NCBI GenBank assembly: GCA_964016885.1
Contig: CAXHJY010000897.1
Span: 1 to 24,202, forward strand
Direction: 5' to 3'
Length of the DNA stretch: 24,202 nt
Source: Eledone cirrhosa
Taxonomy: Eukaryota
A program made the translations under genes and the position numbers. Positions 11,972-23,065 of the stretch are shown in pieces (the first letter of the stretch is position 1; each line of letters begins with the position of its first letter). The notes under the pieces were generated by a model. That model saw nothing but the letters and a program-made list of their open reading frames with translations, had not been told where the DNA came from and searched no databases.

Positions 11972-12463
11972 ATACTTGGGGCTGGTCATATTGTTGTAAT
12001 AATATTGCCAGAATTAATAACAGAACACACTCACTGTTTGGTTCGTTTTCGCTTCTGTATCTTTTATATCAGTTAATTTATTCGCTCCTCAATGTTTACC
12101 ATTGACTGACCAACGGTAAAAAATACAGATAGACTATATATATGTGTTTGTGTCTAAATTATAACAAAGCTCTTTCGTTGCACATCTGCAACATCGTCAG
12201 TGGTGCTATTATGTTTCCTCCTGTTGTATTGTATGTCTACGCCATCTTTATTTAATCTGTTTATTTATTTATTTATTTATTTTTGTCTTCTTCTTTGCGC
12301 ATGCGTTTGCGTGTGTCTATAGTGTTTGATGCGTGTTCGTGTTTGGGTGACTGTGTTTGGTTATTGTATTCTATCTTAGTTTACTAGTGTGTGTTTATAT
12401 GTGTTTGTTGTTATTAATTCTGGCAATATTATTACAACAATATGACCCTCCCCGAGTATAACA
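11968..12463. mobile_element. 496-bp non-coding element with 55-bp terminal inverted repeats (TGT...ACA), flanked by ATAT
   Basis: 11968-12022 matches the reverse complement of 12409-12463 at 52/55. ATAT on both sides is a possible 4-bp TSD, although it is self-palindromic and the left copy is part of a (TA)n tract. Confidence 0.8.
12163..12206 (-). ncRNA. Minimal hammerhead-like motif inside the TIR element
   Basis: Minus strand reads GCACCA-CTGACGA-t-GTTGCA-gatg-TGCAAC-GAAA-GAGC-TT/TGTT. Core and 6-bp stem II are perfect; stem I is partly mismatched. Confidence 0.6.
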
Positions 12464-12551
12464 ATATTTGTTTCGACACACAATTTCATATCAAAAACCT
12501 CGCAAAACTAATATATATATATATAAGTTCATATGTATATATACACACACA

Positions 12552-12582
<31 letters not shown>

Positions 12583-13064
12583 GAATGTCTGTGCATGTGA
12601 AATTGTGAAATTTTTCTAAGACTTAGGGAGTGAGAAATGAGTTCTGTCTAAGTTTGTGAATTTGTTAAGATTAGGGAATAATCTTCATAGCAAACAAACG
12701 CTGCACGCCATTAGTGGCTAGAGATAAGGGTGGGGTCGGCTGTTCCGGTGGAAAAAAAAAAAAAAAAAAATCACTGTCTGTCTGACCAAGTTGTATATCA
12801 ATCTTTGCTCTTGTTGTTATCGATGGGTTTCAGAATTGGATGAAAACATTTATATCAATAACAACAGTAACGACAATAACAACAATAATACTGAGTTATT
12901 AGAAGATATATTAATAAAGATAAATAAATAAAATCTTGTATAGTATTTGTTTTTTTTTAATACTTGCATAATATGTTTTTGGTATCTGATTTCATTTCTC
13001 CCTTTGAAATAGATGCCAAAAGTCATAAAATGTACGTTCTCTTTACTCTACAGACATGCATTTT

Positions 13065-13234
13065 ATATACATACATGTATAAAGATATACATATATACAT
13101 ACATACGTACGTACGTACGTACGTGCGTACATACATACACACATACATACATACATATATACGTTTCGCCTTTTCTACCCGCCGAAATGCGATTCTCGCT
13201 AAATCTATATTTATATACATACATATATATATAT

Positions 13235-13291
<57 letters not shown>

Positions 13292-13460
13292 TATATATAT
13301 ACGTACTTATATATACGTACTTATATATATGTATATGTGTGTGTGTGTTTGTGTGTGTGTGTGTTTGTATGAATATATATATATATATATTTGTGTGTGT
13401 GAGTGCCTGTGTATTTGTATGTATGTGTGTGTGTGTATATATATATATGTGTGTGTGTAC
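13065..13460. repeat. Compound (TACA)n/(TACG)n/(TA)n/(TG)n microsatellites
   Basis: Directly visible in the sequence. Confidence 0.85.
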
Positions 13461-13579
13461 ATTTGATTTTGTCCATATATTTAGATAACAAAATCAGAAA
13501 ATATTCATGTAGCTTTTGAGGATAGATAACATAACAAATAAATAAACAAACTTAATGGAGACTACATGTTGGAGATATG

Positions 13580-14578
13580 TGTATGTGTAGACGTGCATGT
13601 CTGTATATGTATCTATGTGTAGACGTGCTTGTCTGTATATGTATGTGTAGAAGTGCATGTCTGTATATGTATGTGTAGACGTGCATGTTTGTATATGTAT
13701 GTATGTGTAGACGTGCTTGTCTGTATATGTATGTGTAGACGTGCTTGTCTGTATATGTATGTGTAGACGTGCTTGTCTGTATATGTATGTGTAGACGTGC
13801 TTGTCTGTATATGTATGTGTAGACGTGCTTGTCTGTATATGTATGTGTAGACGTGCATGTCTGTATATGTATGTGTAGACGTGCATGTCTGTATATGTAT
13901 GTGTAGACGTGCTTGTCTGTATATGTATGTGTAGACGTGCTTGTCTGTATATGTATGTGTAGACGTGCATGTCTGTATATGTATGTGTAGACGTGCATGT
14001 TTGTATATGTATGTATGTGTAGACGTGCATGTCTGTATATGTATGTGTAGACGTGCTTGTCTGTATATGTATGTGTAGACGTGCTTGTCTGTATATGTAT
14101 GTGTAGACGTGCATGTCTGTATATGTATGTGTAGACGTGCATGTCTGTATATGTATGTGTAGACGTGCTTGTCTGTATATGTATGTGTAGACGTGCTTGT
14201 CTGTATGTGTAGACGTGCATGTCTGTATGTGTAGACGTGCATGTCTGTATATGTATGTGTAGACGTGCTTGTCTCTATATATGTGTGTGTAGACGTGCTT
14301 GTCTCTATATATGTGTATGTGTAGACGTGCTTGTCTCTATATGTGTGTAGACGTGCTTGTCTCTATATGTGTGTAGACGTGCTTGTCTCTATATATGTGT
14401 ATGTGTAGACGTGCTTGTCTCTATATGTGTGTAGACGTGCTTGTCTCTATATATGTGTGTGTAGACGTGCTTGTCTCTATATATGTGTGCAGACGTGCTT
14501 GTCTGTATATGTGTGTGTGTAGATGTGCTTGTTTGTATATGTGTGTGTGTAGATGTGCTTGTTTGTATATGTGTGTGT
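13580..14578. repeat. Minisatellite with 28-bp consensus GTGTAGACGTGC(T/A)TGTCTGTATATGTAT, roughly 35 copies
   Basis: Direct tandem array without unique spacers. Copy number is estimated from length. Confidence 0.95.
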
Positions 14579-14579
14579 A

Positions 14580-14928
14580 AGAGAATGACGGTGGGAGAGA
14601 CAGATAGAGAGGATAAGAAAGAGTGATATTGAGAGGGGGCGAGAGAGAGAGAGAGGGAGAGAGAGGCATGTAGAGAGAGTAAGCAATGAAGAAGAAAATA
14701 AGCAAACATATAGAAAATGGAAGAAGAGAGTGAAAGGAAGAGTGATGTTGAGAGGGAGAGAGAGAGAGAGAGATGGAGCGGTAAAGAGAGAGAGAATCAG
14801 AGAAAGAGAGAGAGGGTGAGAGCGAGAATGAGAAGTATGCAAGGAAGACGAAAATAAACAAACATATAGAAGAGAGAGAAAAAGATGGAGAGGTAAAGAA
14901 GGAGAGTCAGAGTCAGAGAGAGAGAGCT

Positions 14929-14980
<52 letters not shown>

Positions 14981-15030
14981 AGCAATGAAGAAGAACAGAC
15001 AGAAAATGGTAGTAGTGAAAGGAAGAGTGA
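14580..15030. repeat. GA-rich polypurine tract with (GA)n and internal duplications
   Basis: GAGAGAGTAAGCAATGAAGAAGAA and GTGAAAGGAAGAGTGA each occur twice. Confidence 0.8.
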
Positions 15031-15189
15031 ATAAGTGTGAATTTCTGTTTGCAGCATTGAGCCCGCTTCGTTGAATATATGAAATTAACTTGTATTTATT
15101 TGTATACATGTTTACAAAAATATATTAGATTGTATATATATTTATTTATCTTTGGATATTTCTAAATGTCAAAGCGTACAGAAGCTGAC

Positions 15190-15190
<1 letters not shown>

Positions 15191-15258
<68 letters not shown>

Positions 15259-15487
15259 TATATAATATAGATATATAGATATATGATATATATATGATAT
15301 ATAATATAGATATATATATACATATATATATATGATATATAATATAGATATACATATATATATATATGATATATAATATAGATATATATATACATATATA
15401 TATATATGATATATAATATAGATATATATATACATTTATATATATATATATATATATATATGATATAATATATATATATATGATATA

Positions 15488-15534
<47 letters not shown>

Positions 15535-15556
15535 ATATGATATATATATATATAAA
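15191..15556. repeat. (CA)n followed by GATATATAATATA/(TA)n compound repeat
   Basis: Directly visible in the sequence. Confidence 0.9.
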
Positions 15557-16218
15557 GATATCTCGCTTTCTGTTTCTCTTGGTATTGGTTTTCATTTAGA
15601 AGATGACGTTTGCTGCATTACTATCTTACAAATAAAGATTCCTCTAAAACTTTTAGTCATCATCACTCGCTGATAACATTTCTGTCGCTTTTTTTTTTCA
15701 AATAAATATTTTCTATTTTTTCTTCTTATCTGATCTCAAGGAAAGATAACTCGAGCTAATGTACTCGTTATACCTTCGTCCTTTTTGTATCTTGCTTTAT
15801 CTCTTCATTTCTCCTCCTTCTCACTATTTCGCATATATATACGCCACACACACATGCACGCACGCACGCATAATCATACACACACACATGCACGCACGCA
15901 CACTCGTTTCCTTGGCCTCATCTCTTTTGTTTTCGTATTCTCTATTCCTCACTCACTAATACACACTCCATGCTCACACTCATACTCGTGCTCTCACTCT
16001 GCCCCCCCCCCCCTTCTTGTCATGCATACATTGACATACTTCCTCTGACTAACCACATCATATATATATTCTGATAAAAACCAACGATAAACATTCCTCT
16101 ACCTTTACGCAATCAATGTTCAAATTAAACTCGACATAAAAAAAATGTTTGTAAACAAATAATATTTAAATGAAACGAAAAAAAAAAGGAAAGAAGAAAA
16201 AGAAAAAATAACGCTATG

Positions 16219-16312
16219 CATACCTGTCAACTATCCCCGTGGGACGGGGAGATCTCCCACTCACTTTGGGGTGGGTGAGAGATGTTTTCTCTTATTAAAA
16301 TGGGTATAGCCT
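16219..16312 (-). mobile_element. MITE (possibly hAT-like), left half; split by the LTR element
   Basis: Starts CATACCTGTCAAC and aligns with the reverse complement of the right half of the intact copy at 20323-20516. Confidence 0.85.
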
Positions 16313-16680
16313 TATAGCGAAGATTGTGGGTGTATGAATGTAACAAAACGAGACAATGTTTGTGTATATAATATTTAATTAACGGTAGATAGAATACTTG
16401 ACATGTCAAAGATAGATGTTAGAATGAAACAAAGTTAGTAGTTACCGTTTTGATTGCCAGGCAAACGCGGCTGGCAGAGGGCGCCTGGCTAAGGCCAGGC
16501 GCCTGTTGGCCAAATTAATGGCAGAGCCAAATGAGAAGACTCTTGACCTGGTGCCGAAAAGGCAAAGAGAGAGGAAGGAAGCTTAACGTTGTTAGTTTTA
16601 TAGGGCTCTGACCGGAAGTTGCAGAAAGGGTTCCACCTCCCGTCTAGATCCCAATCAAAACAAGGGAGACAACCGCTACA
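16313..16680 (-). repeat. 3' LTR (368 bp)
   Basis: 16331-16680 appears identical to 18065-18414 by eye. On the minus strand there is a TATA-like CTATAAAA and an ATTAAA signal. Confidence 0.95.
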
Positions 16681-16693
16681 TAACCTCCCGCCA
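16681..16693 (-). promoter_or_regulatory. Polypurine tract
   Basis: Minus strand GGCGGGAGGTTA immediately precedes the TGT of the 3' LTR. Confidence 0.65.
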
Positions 16694-18013
16694 GAATTTT
16701 AGTGTATAAAAATCGAAATGAAAATATGTAGCAAGTTGGCGAGAATGTTGTAACAGGCATGAAAATTACGACAAAAGAATGTCTGGAAAAATCAATGATA
16801 GATATCAAGGTAGCCAACCGCTCTTGGCCAGAGAACGACTGGACATCCATCTATCCATCACCCAAAGATACAATGTAATAAAGTAAAAGTAATAGAAGAG
16901 CTCAAAGTTCAAAATATAGTTCACAGGTGTGCAATCACATGACAGCAGGAAAGAAAGTGTGTTCCAGAGAATGAATGCAGGTGGTTTCTGTTCTGTGGTA
17001 TATCGTGAAATTTCCAACCTCCGAATGGATTTTCTCACAGGAAGAGTGCTGCAAAAATGAATTCTCTGGCTTTGGTGAAGCTGTATTGATGTATTGCTGT
17101 TGCTGTTATATTGCTGTTGCTGCTGCTGTTGTCTCGCTGAGTGAGCGTATTCGGTGTTTAAATTCACAGTAAAAAAATTTTTTTTTTTAGAAAAAAATGA
17201 GTTGCGCAAAGTGCTAGAAATAGCAGCCGAAGTTGATGGTCGATGTTGAGAATGCGTTGACCTGGAAGGGTCAAGAGGCCAGCGACCAGAGAAATAAGCA
17301 TTCTTAATAAATGCGCGGTTATCAACGGTAAATTTACATTGTAAATTTATAAACCGGCAAATAGAAGAATATAGCTTAAGGCTGAAGAATCCCTGGTGAT
17401 AAATGGCGTGCGGCTGTCTGTGAGAAGAGACATCTCAGTGAATCGAGAATTTATGCTGCCTACACGTGCCAATACAAGGTTGAAAAAAAAATATTTCTAA
17501 CGCGCGAGAAAAAGATAGTGCAATTTTGAAAGTGACAATGATGAAAAAGAAAGGCTTCAATCAGCATAATTATAGGTGTGAACTTTGGAAAAAAACAAAA
17601 AACTTGAACGATGAAGAAAACGAAGAACAAAAGGCAATGGTTCATCGAAAATAAATGTTCCTGTTGAAATGTTTTTTAAAGAATATCAAATTTCTTTTTT
17701 TTTTTGTGTTTTGAAAGAGTTCGTTGTAAGAAACGAGAAACATATATATATATCGTGAAATGTTTTTTTTTTGTTTTGAAAGTGTTCGTTGTAAGAAACG
17801 AGAAACATATATATATATATTGGTGAAATGCGACAGTTAATTGATGCGTGAGAGAAAAAGTATGTCTGTGCGAATTCCACATGTGCGTGTGTGCGTGTCC
17901 TTGAGTATTTTCATAGTTTGTCGCTAAATTTGCTGCGTATTCGTAATGTTACTCACAAAACCAGATGTGCTATTTTTTTCTTTTTTTGGGGGTGACCACT
18001 TATAGCGATGAAC

Positions 18014-18045
18014 GGCTGCGTGTTCGTATCACGTCAGGGTTACCA
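18014..18045 (-). promoter_or_regulatory. tRNA-Trp primer-binding site, extended to about 32 nt
   Basis: TGGTAACCCTGACGTGAT lies one nt from the 5' LTR (16/18 to the canonical Trp PBS TGGTGACCCCGACGTGAT) and continues as ACGAACACGCAGCC, complementary to the T arm. Confidence 0.88.
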
Positions 18046-18046
18046 A

Positions 18047-18414
18047 TATAGCGGGATTACTGGTTGTATGAATGTAACAAAACGAGACAATGTTTGTGTA
18101 TATAATATTTAATTAACGGTAGATAGAATACTTGACATGTCAAAGATAGATGTTAGAATGAAACAAAGTTAGTAGTTACCGTTTTGATTGCCAGGCAAAC
18201 GCGGCTGGCAGAGGGCGCCTGGCTAAGGCCAGGCGCCTGTTGGCCAAATTAATGGCAGAGCCAAATGAGAAGACTCTTGACCTGGTGCCGAAAAGGCAAA
18301 GAGAGAGGAAGGAAGCTTAACGTTGTTAGTTTTATAGGGCTCTGACCGGAAGTTGCAGAAAGGGTTCCACCTCCCGTCTAGATCCCAATCAAAACAAGGG
18401 AGACAACCGCTACA
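18047..18414 (-). repeat. 5' LTR (368 bp)
   Basis: Direct repeat of 16313-16680, adjacent to the PBS. Confidence 0.95.
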
Positions 18415-18519
18415 GCCTTTATTACGTAAAATCTCCCCATCTTGCCCCATTTTCTCCCGTTTTGGGGCACTCTTTTTCATGGTACTCCCCGTTTGGGTTT
18501 TTAAAGGTTGGCAGGTCTG
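18415..18519 (-). mobile_element. MITE, right half (continuation of 16219-16312)
   Basis: Ends GTTGGCAGGTCTG and aligns with the reverse complement of the left half of 20323-20516. Confidence 0.85.
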
Positions 18520-18563
18520 ATTATACAACGAAAGAAAGGGAAAGACGGCGTGAGGAACATACT

Positions 18564-18800
18564 CTACCCCTCAGTCTGAGCGGTGATACAGCTGTGCCCT
18601 TCAGACAAATGAGCGAAGACATTGTCACGGAGAATGGCCAGCGACACCCGCTGCAACAGTCGCCCAGCCCCACGGGGTTCCTTCTTCAGGCGAGCTGCTG
18701 TCTTTCAGATTTTGCGGTGGAAATTGACAATGCAGTGACCGAGGACACAAGAGATCTCGACGGCGACTGGTATGAAAAAGAAGCGGGCGAAATGGCGAAA
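18564..18800 (-). pseudogene. Remnant of a restriction-like endonuclease C-terminus from a CRE-type non-LTR retrotransposon
   Basis: Manual translation FRHFARFFFIPVAVEISCVLGHCIVNFHRKI*KTAARLKKEPRGAGRLLQRVSLAILRDNVFAHL fits the F.P.AVET.G..G...L.QR.S.AI.RGN pattern of CRE elements; in-frame TGA at 18705-18707. Confidence 0.72.
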
Positions 18801-19159
18801 CGACGGAGTAGTGAAGAAACATGCTAGACTTAGCCGCGAAATCTCCCTCATATCACACTCTAACTATCTTTCAAAAAAGGGGTAGGGCATATTGAATATG
18901 TTATTTTTACTTACATTCTGTCAGAAAAAAAAAACAAGACACAACAAAACCAAACAAAAAACCTCTGTGGAAATGGTCATGATTGAAACGCTTTTACCGA
19001 AGGGTTTACCCAATCATGGTTGACATGATACTAACCAAAAGCAACAACTACTGAAATAGTGTAAGAAAAATAAGTAAAAAACAAAAGAGTAAGAATAGAG
19101 AATAAATGACTTAAAAATGGAAAACAACAAGTAGAAGCAAAATTAATTAGAATATTATG

Positions 19160-19192
19160 TCCGTATGTACATATATATGTGTGTGTGTGTGT

Positions 19193-19236
<44 letters not shown>

Positions 19237-19431
19237 ATATATATATACATACACACACACATACATATATATGTTTGTATATATATGTTTGTATATATAT
19301 GTTTGTATATATATATACATACATACACACACACTTTGATTACTTTGATAGGTTTCGGCCAGTATTGGCCCAGGCCATGTCTAACTTAATAGCACCACAC
19401 ACACACACATACACACACACACACACACATG

Positions 19432-19465
<34 letters not shown>
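19160..19465. repeat. Compound (TG)/(TC)/(TA)/(CA) microsatellites around a ~60-bp island
   Basis: Directly visible in the sequence. Confidence 0.85.
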
Positions 19466-19467
<2 letters not shown>

Positions 19468-20322
19468 TGGAAGGTAAGTAAATTCGAAGCTTTGGCTGTG
19501 GCCAAGCAAAGTCGACCTACAATTAGGAATGAGAGCAAAGCACTCAATAAGGGTATAGGTCCTTAGAGTAATAACATTACGTTTAAATAGCTTGACAAAT
19601 TGAAAATTGCGGCAGGCAAAACCCAACCACACAATACCAAAACAACGAAAGAACTAATCAGGTTAGGGTGGAGTACGTAATTTCATATACGTAGATATGT
19701 TCAGTTCATTAAGTTAGTCAAACGTCACTGGATATTGAACCGTTTATCAAAGATCAACCTAAATGTACATGCTAGAAATGTAAACTAATCTAGATATATA
19801 CAGGCATGAAACCAGGTCAGAAGCAATGTCCAAAGAACGCTGTGGCATTCAAAGGTTGCCAAATTGTTATCGTACGAAAGGTAAACAACGCCTACGCTAT
19901 CCCAGCAGTCTCCACTTCCATTATCACGGCCATTGCTGCTATGTAAATAGGTTTTGGGAATCGCGCCATCAGATTGACGCAACGGGTGTCAGAATTCAAT
20001 GGAACAGATGTGGTTTATGTTTTATATTGAGCAGTGTCAGTGATTGTACATCCACTAATCATGTATGTGTCTTATAGTTGACACAAGCAGACGGAAACTC
20101 GTGTGGAATGTAATCCATTCCATAACGATGTCTGAGGAATCGTGAAGTGTAATATTCCAGTTTGTTAGACTATGCTATTAATGGAGGTTGTCGTCATCTT
20201 TTATCTGTAGGAGGTCTACTTGTAATAACATGACTCTTCTATTCATTAACAGGTAGTTGTTTACATCTTAACATATACATCTGAATACTGTTAGTTTTTT
20301 CTCCTCTGTCTAATTAGAGATG

Positions 20323-20516
20323 CAGACCTGCCAACCTCAAAAAACCCAAATGAGGAGTACCATGGAAAAAGTGCTACAAAACGGGATGAAATTAGGAAAA
20401 TTTGGGAGAATTTGCATAATGGAAGCTATAGCCATTTTCACAAGAGAAGACATCTCTCATCCACCCCAAAGTGGATGGGTGTTCTCCCCGTCCAACGGGG
20501 AAAGTTGACAGGTCTC
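20323..20516 (+). mobile_element. Intact ~194-bp MITE (possibly hAT-like)
   Basis: Termini CAGACCTGCCAAC / GTTGACAGGTCTC; GAGATG on both flanks (partial TSD); homologous to the split copy at 16219-16312 plus 18415-18519. Confidence 0.85.
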
Positions 20517-20782
20517 GAGATGGCTGATACAAAGAACACATATTTATGATTGTAACTGTATCAAAGAGATTGAATTCCCCTTTCATAACTAAACAAATAC
20601 TTTAGAACTTAAGTATTACTCCTTTTCGAGACCTAATCAAAATAAACACCCAATTTCAGTATCTGAAATGGTCGTATATAATTCTGCCTATAAAAGTTTT
20701 GATAGTATACAAGAAAAAAATTCTTTAATATGACTTGTTTAGCAAGTTGAAGCCTGTCATAGTCATCTATTAATATTCATTT

Positions 20783-21037
20783 ATGTATGAACCCGTAAAT
20801 CCCGATAGAGACGTACGTAGGGATATTTTAAACTTGATGGAGCCCATGCTCTCTCCATGCCTAAACACAGCCGATTTCTTTCAGAAAAAGAGAGAAAGAG
20901 ATATAAAAGAAGAATCGACCTCAATACTGAAAAGGCAAAGTTGACCTTGGCAGTATTTGAACGGAGAGAGCGCAGAGAACCGAAAGGAATTCCGCAAAGT
21001 ATTCTATCCGACGTTCTAACGACTCTGCCAACTCACT
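20783..21037 (-). mobile_element. tRNA-derived SINE
   Basis: Minus strand GTGAGTTGGCAGAGTCGTTAGAACGTCGGATAGAAT...GTTCAAATACTGCCAAGGTCAACTTTGCC...GAGGTCGATTCTT; shares head and tail with 22131-22480. Confidence 0.75.
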
Positions 21038-21469
21038 GTTACTAACATGGAATAATCTAAATGGAAAGTTGTGGTCATAAAACCATTTCATGTAAATAAC
21101 AATCAAAGAAAGTTTCGGGAAAAGTTTAGAAGTTCAGTCTCGTACTTATTTAACCGTCAGTCATGGAGAAACACATGCTTCATGAAGCTTATAACTTTGA
21201 GAGGTTTTGATCATTGACATGAAGTGGGCCGATAACGATACGAAAATGTGTCTCAGCACATACGGAGGTAAAACAAGTGAATGCATTTCATAGGCTTTTC
21301 TAGCTAGATCAAAGGATGAGTAAACATAACACATACATCATCATGGTTGCACCACACCCACAAAGGGTGGTAGCCCCATTAACGCTCCATGACTTCGTGT
21401 TATTACTAGAAAATGAAAACATTGTGTAAAAAGACTTTTGCACATACGATATTATATTTGTTGGAAATA

Positions 21470-21489
21470 GCTATATATATATCTATCTA

Positions 21490-21564
<75 letters not shown>

Positions 21565-21645
21565 CATTCTAATGCCGTGCACGTCCATTCCGACAAAACT
21601 GGCAACCTATATATCTATATCTATATATATATTATAGATTTTATC

Positions 21646-21715
<70 letters not shown>

Positions 21716-21724
21716 ACACACACA
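21470..21724. repeat. (TA)n and (CA)n microsatellites
   Basis: Directly visible in the sequence. Confidence 0.9.
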
Positions 21725-22130
21725 CTGGTTATCTTCACAATACTGCTGCGCGACAAAGATGTTTAGCTATTTATTAATCAGCGGAAATTATTATATATTC
21801 ATTATAATTACACAAATTTGTATACTGACTCTTTAAGGGTCAGTAATGTACCTCTTTGCAGTCTGCGCCCTAATTAGCTGCCTAGTTGGCCTTAATTGTA
21901 ACGCCGGCCTTTATTTTGAAGTTTCTATGTTGGGTAGCTCAAGTAAAGTGTTATTACTAAAGTTTTCGTCTCGACTTAATTGGTTGGACGGTGGCTCATT
22001 CTTTATTGTATATTATTCACCTCCAACTTCCCTAAAAAAAATAAATATCATACGAAATGGAAAGTACGAAGCTACCTTTATTTATTTGGTTACTTTTCAT
22101 TTTATTTAAACGATTGTTTATATAGACAGA

Positions 22131-22480
22131 CGCGGCGAATTGGCAGTCACTAGAACGTCGGATAGAATGCTTTGGGGTATTCTTTCCTGCCGAAGACAAC
22201 TTTATCTTTCATCTTTTCGAGGTTGATAAAAAAAAGTACCAGCCTAGCACTGGGGTCGATTCTTCCGTTATATCATCGCTTTCTCACTTCCCCTCTCTCA
22301 CTCACTATCCACCATCTCTCTCTCTCTCTTTGTATCTCTCGCTTTCTCTCCTCTCTGGAAGAGATCTGGTGTGTTAGGTCCTGGAGAGGAGCTGGGCTCT
22401 GCCAGGTTTAACGTGCCCAAGACACGCTGGTCATAACGCCGCCCCTATGGCTCCATTAGGAGTTACGGGTCTATACAAAC
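22131..22480 (+). mobile_element. tRNA-derived SINE, long-tail variant with internal deletion
   Basis: GGCGAATTGGCAG head, central TTTCATCTTTTCGAGGTTGATAAA..AGTACCAG..CACTGGGGTCGAT, and tail ..GGAGTTACGGGTCTATAC matching the 20783-21037 copy. Confidence 0.7.
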
Positions 22481-22500
22481 ATATATAGATAGGAGTATTT

Positions 22501-22675
22501 AAGCTGGCAGAATTGGTAGAGCGTTAGATAAAATGTCTTTGCGCTGTATATTCCGGCTCTTTACGTTCTAAATTCAAATCCCGCCGAGGTCAACTGTTCA
22601 TTTTATCCCTCCTAGGTCGATAAAATAAGTACCAATAAAGTACTAGAGTCGGTTTAAACGACACCCATCCTACCA
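22501..22675 (+). mobile_element. tRNA-derived SINE
   Basis: A-box-like TGGCAGAATTGG, B-box-like ATTCAAATCC, central GGTCGATAAAATAAGTACCA. Confidence 0.8.
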
Positions 22676-23065
22676 ATATAGAAATGTTATTCATGTGAAA
22701 CACACCAGAAGTCCTCTATGTGGCCATGAAACTAGATTTCTGAATTTCTGACCTAGCAGCGGTTTTCCCCTTGTTTAGAAACTACTGTGTACGACAGATG
22801 TTTCTGTGAAGTACGTCTCTTTCTGTACTTGGTCACCCAAAATGCATAACATTTCGTTCAGTGAGCAATTAAACAGCTTATGAAATTATTGCGATTAAAG
22901 ACTATAGTGCCTTCCGGATAGAAACACGTCTTAGACACTGCCCACCTAGACGCTTTAAACAGACTGTAATGCCAAAGCATATGGTTAGCTGCAAGTTCAT
23001 GTAGTGCGGATATATATTTGGTATGTCACCTAATCTCACGATTATTTCTATTTTATTATTAATAT

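Larger units (their letters stand above)
16313..18414 (-). mobile_element. Non-autonomous LTR retrotransposon (Gypsy-like/large TRIM), 2102 bp, TSD GCCT
   Basis: Two 368-bp direct repeats reading TGTAGCGG...CGCTATA on the minus strand; GCCT at 16309-16312 and 18415-18418; tRNA-Trp PBS; purine-rich PPT; no recognisable gag/pol in the 1366-bp interior. Confidence 0.93.

Noticed and set aside
13494-14242. Three overlapping ~210-aa repetitive ORFs; CRISPR-like periodicity
   Set aside because: A 28-bp tandem unit with no unique spacers and no cas genes, open in all three minus frames, in a eukaryotic context.
16805-17209. 134-aa minus-strand ORF inside the LTR element as a possible gag remnant
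   Set aside because: No zinc knuckle, protease, RT or integrase motif that I can recognise; it includes a CAG/CAA low-complexity run.
18462-18827. 121-aa plus-strand ORF as a host exon
   Set aside because: It begins inside a MITE and is the antisense shadow of the CRE-like remnant.
15185-20140. Isolated CTGANGA matches near 15185, 17382 and 20132
   Set aside because: No stem II followed by GAAA and no stem I pairing.
21335-21405. Minus-strand stem-loop followed by (ATG)3, like a LINE 3' tail
   Set aside because: Under 70 bp, with no supporting coding remnant or second copy in the window.
21852-22031. Minus-strand segment bounded by a good acceptor (T-tract AG) and AG/GTACAT
   Set aside because: Stops occur in all three frames and the donor is weak. 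It could be a non-coding exon, but that cannot be supported without transcripts.
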